NCBI GenBank assembly: GCA_963666835.2
Contig: CAXXGO010000006.1
Location: forward strand, 2,208,001-2,272,000
Direction: 5' to 3'
Length of the DNA stretch: 64,000 nt
Origin: Phycisphaerae bacterium
Lineage (GTDB): Bacteria; Planctomycetota; Phycisphaerae; UBA1845
Part shown: in pieces, positions 61,321 through 64,000 of the stretch
Numbering within the stretch: position 1 is the first letter of the stretch
How the letters are laid out: every line of letters begins with the position of its first letter
Made by a program: the position numbers and the translations under genes
Notes under the pieces: model-generated
Told to the model about the DNA's origin: nothing
Seen by the model: the letters and a program-made list of their open reading frames with translations, nothing else
The model's database searches: none

Positions 61321-62091
61321 ATGAGGACACTGATTTGTATTTTGAAGGTCGTAGTGGTTGTGGCGTTCCTTGCGGCGCCGGTGTTGGCTGATTATACGAG
61401 CGTCACCGGTCCCGGTGAGACGGGGATCCAGAACCTTTTGAATAACCTTTATGGGACGACGTTTTCGCCGAGTGGTTCCAATGCGTCCTATTTCGACAAT
61501 TCTGCTGTCGGAGGGAGCATCTGTGTCACGCGGGTTCACGATCACCTTGCTAGCGGATATGCGGGCGACCCCCTGCACCTGTTGTATGGGGCTACCAGCC
61601 TCGACGATACCGACCAGGTTTGGACAGACGGCATTGCGGCTGTGCGGGCTCGAGCTCGGTTCGCGGGCTACAGTCAGCATTTCGGGTGGGATGGGGGCCT
61701 GGGAACGACTCAGGCGAACTTCGCAGCCAACACTCTGTTTAGCGTATCCGAGGGGTACCACGAGGGTGCATTTACGGGACCGCTGGCGATATCCGGTGAC
61801 TTCCGCTGGGCGCGTGCGAATAACGCGAGCGGTACGAGCAATCTGCAGTGGTCTGAAGTGGCGGCCAATACCGTTGATGGCTTGGACCACATGATAACTT
61901 ACGAGGTCACCGGGGTTGCCGCGCCGGACGTGAGAACATGGTTGATTTTCTTTGATGACCAGATCGGTGGCGGAGACCGCGACTTCAACGACCTTGTCGT
62001 TGAGATTCAGGCCGTTCCGGTGCCCGGTGCCGTTCTTCTGGGCGCGCTGGGATTAGGCATGGTTGGCTTGGTCAAGCGGCGGTTCTCGTAG
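61321..62091 (+). CDS. PEP-CTERM-type sorted protein (DUF4114-like C-terminal domain)
   Basis: Signal peptide; GDRDFNDLVVEI; VPVPGAVLLGALGLGMVGLVKRRFS. Confidence 0.85.
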   Translation: MRTLICILKVVVVVAFLAAPVLADYTSVTGPGETGIQNLLNNLYGTTFSPSGSNASYFDNSAVGGSICVTRVHDHLASGYAGDPLHLLYGATSLDDTDQVWTDGIAAVRARARFAGYSQHFGWDGGLGTTQANFAANTLFSVSEGYHEGAFTGPLAISGDFRWARANNASGTSNLQWSEVAANTVDGLDHMITYEVTGVAAPDVRTWLIFFDDQIGGGDRDFNDLVVEIQAVPVPGAVLLGALGLGMVGLVKRRFS

Positions 62092-62165
62092 GCGGAGCGA
62101 TTGATTATTCGTGCTCGTTACTGTCCTGACGGTGGCGAATGCGGCTTAGAATAGGAAGGGCTGAG

Positions 62166-62906
62166 ATGACGGGAAAGACATTTGTGCCGGGGGCTCTGGT
62201 GTTGATAACACTGTTTGCCGCACCGGCTTTCGCGGACATTACGACTTTCTTTGGAGAAGACTTAGGGTTGGGCGAGTGGACCAGGTTGCCGGCTTGGTCG
62301 AACGCGGCCGGTGCTCGCGCCGATTTCGATGCAATGCTCACGGGGGGCGTTTCGACCGAGGATTTTGAATCGTACGCTCGAGGTACGTCCCTGCCGCTGG
62401 ATCTGACCTTCACGGGCGGTTACGGCGATATCGGAGCCACGATATCGAGGACCGGGGGAACTTTCGACCCGTACGTCGAGGAAGTGCCCACGGGTACGAA
62501 TGGCTACGGGCGCTTCCCCACGTCCGGCGACAATTACCTGGAGACCAGCAATGCGATGAGGATCGATTTCAACACGGCCGTTGCCGCATTCGGTTTCTAC
62601 GGGATTGATATTGGCGACTTTGACGGCCAGGTTACCGTGACCACCGTCAACGGCGGGACGCACACGTACAATGTCGGCAACACGATGAACGGGGCAGGCG
62701 GATCAGTGCTCTTTTGGGGCATCATCGATACGGATCACCTGTTTACGTCCATCGAGTTTGGGAACACGGCATCCGATGTTGACTGTTTTGGCTTCGACGA
62801 TATGACCGTGGGTGACCAGTATCAGGTCATTCCCGCGCCCGGTGCCGCTCTTCTTGGGGTGTTGGGTCTGAGCATGGTCGGCTGGGTCAAGCGGCGCTTC
62901 TCCTAA
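62166..62906 (+). CDS. PEP-CTERM-type sorted protein
   Basis: Signal APAFA|D; VAAFGFYGIDIGD; IPAPGAALLGVLGLSMVGWVKRRFS. Confidence 0.85.
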   Translation: MTGKTFVPGALVLITLFAAPAFADITTFFGEDLGLGEWTRLPAWSNAAGARADFDAMLTGGVSTEDFESYARGTSLPLDLTFTGGYGDIGATISRTGGTFDPYVEEVPTGTNGYGRFPTSGDNYLETSNAMRIDFNTAVAAFGFYGIDIGDFDGQVTVTTVNGGTHTYNVGNTMNGAGGSVLFWGIIDTDHLFTSIEFGNTASDVDCFGFDDMTVGDQYQVIPAPGAALLGVLGLSMVGWVKRRFS

Positions 62907-62978
62907 GGACGGGGCTATCGGGTGTTTCCGCCTCCACTGAGGGTGGCGGATCTTAGAGCTTATGGAAGGAAAACGCTC

Positions 62979-63692
62979 ATGGTAAGACAAAGACAACTCA
63001 CGAGTTTGGCTGCTGTTGCTGCGTTGATTGTGGCTGGGCTGGTGATATCGGCGCCCGCGCAGGCGGACCCGTCCGTGTTGTCGTTCGGCTATAACACGCT
63101 TGCCGGGTCCTTTACGCCAAGTGGCAGTAACGGCGGCGGTTTCGTTGCGACGGCAACCACGAGTCTGGGCGGCGGACCGTTGTTTACTCAGGGGGCGGCG
63201 ACGAGGTTGGTGGAGCCTACTGGGACAGCCCAGTTTCTCTTTCACCCCGATTTCGACTTCGGCGATGCGGATTTCTCGCTCAATCTGAGTATCTTCGATA
63301 TAGACCGAGACCTGAACACTGCGTTGGCGCACGGGACGTTGACGGCTATTGACATAGACGGAGACGTGATCACCGGTAGTGTGTCCGGCGGCTGGACTCT
63401 GATCGGCGGCCAGGCGACTTTTACCGGTGGTATCAGCGAGCTGGCCATCAGCAGCGATGATGGCTCGTTCGACGGACAGTTCGGGACGGATTTTGATGCC
63501 GCGTTTGATGATCTGGACCAGATGATCGGCGTGGTGACTGATATAACCGGTGTTTCGGGCGGGTTCTTCGAGGAGGGGTTCATCGACCACTCGTCGCTCG
63601 TAACCAGTCAGATTATCCCCGCGCCTGGAGCTGTGGTGCTGGGGGTCATTGGGCTGGGTATGGTGGGCTGGATTCGCAAGCGCACCGGGTAG
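62979..63692 (+). CDS. PEP-CTERM-type sorted protein
   Basis: Signal APAQA|D; IPAPGAVVLGVIGLGMVGWIRKRTG. Confidence 0.85.
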   Translation: MVRQRQLTSLAAVAALIVAGLVISAPAQADPSVLSFGYNTLAGSFTPSGSNGGGFVATATTSLGGGPLFTQGAATRLVEPTGTAQFLFHPDFDFGDADFSLNLSIFDIDRDLNTALAHGTLTAIDIDGDVITGSVSGGWTLIGGQATFTGGISELAISSDDGSFDGQFGTDFDAAFDDLDQMIGVVTDITGVSGGFFEEGFIDHSSLVTSQIIPAPGAVVLGVIGLGMVGWIRKRTG

Positions 63693-63733
63693 AGACTTTC
63701 CGTACAACAGACAGGGCATGACTTAGCAATTGG

Positions 63734-63774
63734 CGCCGGCGGGGGCTGTGATGAGCCCCGCCGGCGTTCTTCTT
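63734..63774 (+). terminator. Probable intrinsic terminator after the PEP-CTERM genes
   Basis: Stem CGCCGGCGGGG(G)CT / AGCCCCGCCGGCG followed by TTCTTCTT. Confidence 0.7.
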
Positions 63775-63936
63775 GTCCACCTTCTGAGCGCCCAGATCTG
63801 CAACGATGCGGTTCGCGAGCGTTTCTGGTAGAGTGATCCCAGCGGTAGGGTGGCCGGTGTTCCGACGGGCTCGCCGCTCATTCTAACGGTCAACACATGG
63901 TGGGGTTGGTTGCCTCACACGGAAAGGATTCTCGCC

Positions 63937-64000
63937 ATGAAAGCGTTGCGCCATTCTGGCCGAGTCAACGTCAGGTCGCTGGTCATTCTCGTGCTGGTTG
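63937..64000 (+). CDS. Start of a probable exported protein (runs off the right edge)
   Basis: RBS AAAGGA; MKALRHSGRVNVRSLVILVLV signal-like start. Confidence 0.45.
   Translation, partial: MKALRHSGRVNVRSLVILVLV

Overview
GC-rich bacterial DNA, most likely Planctomycetota/Phycisphaerae (inferred from IPAPG/VPVPG-type sorting tails, a dockerin-tailed TIGR03790-like protein and CP-type lipoprotein signals). 1-28 kb is mostly housekeeping and envelope genes: a HybA/HmcB-like Tat ferredoxin plus NrfD-family membrane subunit, a Cys-repeat cytochrome c lipoprotein, truD, waaA, acs, an MFS-like protein, an MmeI-like type IIG restriction-modification gene, dnaE, hemerythrin, a CBS protein and a glycosyltransferase cluster. 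The RM gene carries an in-frame amber stop, an in-frame RAYT (HUH-Y1) transposase insertion and an in-frame REP-doublet insertion. 28.4-55.3 kb is the main discovery candidate: a ~27-kb array organised like a polymorphic toxin locus, but built on a carrier I do not recognise. One full-length exported, acidic and extremely Cys-rich protein is followed by 5'-truncated cassettes. Four of these repeat the same 447-bp anchor (Cys-rich plus Ig/PKD-like) and then diverge into different C-termini (HExxH metallopeptidase-like, Ig-like, Cys-enzyme-like); a further cassette without the anchor encodes a eukaryotic-type protein-arginine deiminase. Each cassette is followed by a candidate exported immunity gene, many HEAT-like. 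The array shows recombination scars, a conserved hairpin leader, a MITE and a REP/RAYT scar at its right end. 56-64 kb is an EpsI/exosortase locus with PEP-CTERM-type substrates. No rRNA, tRNA or CRISPR array was seen. All family assignments are by motif recognition, not database search.
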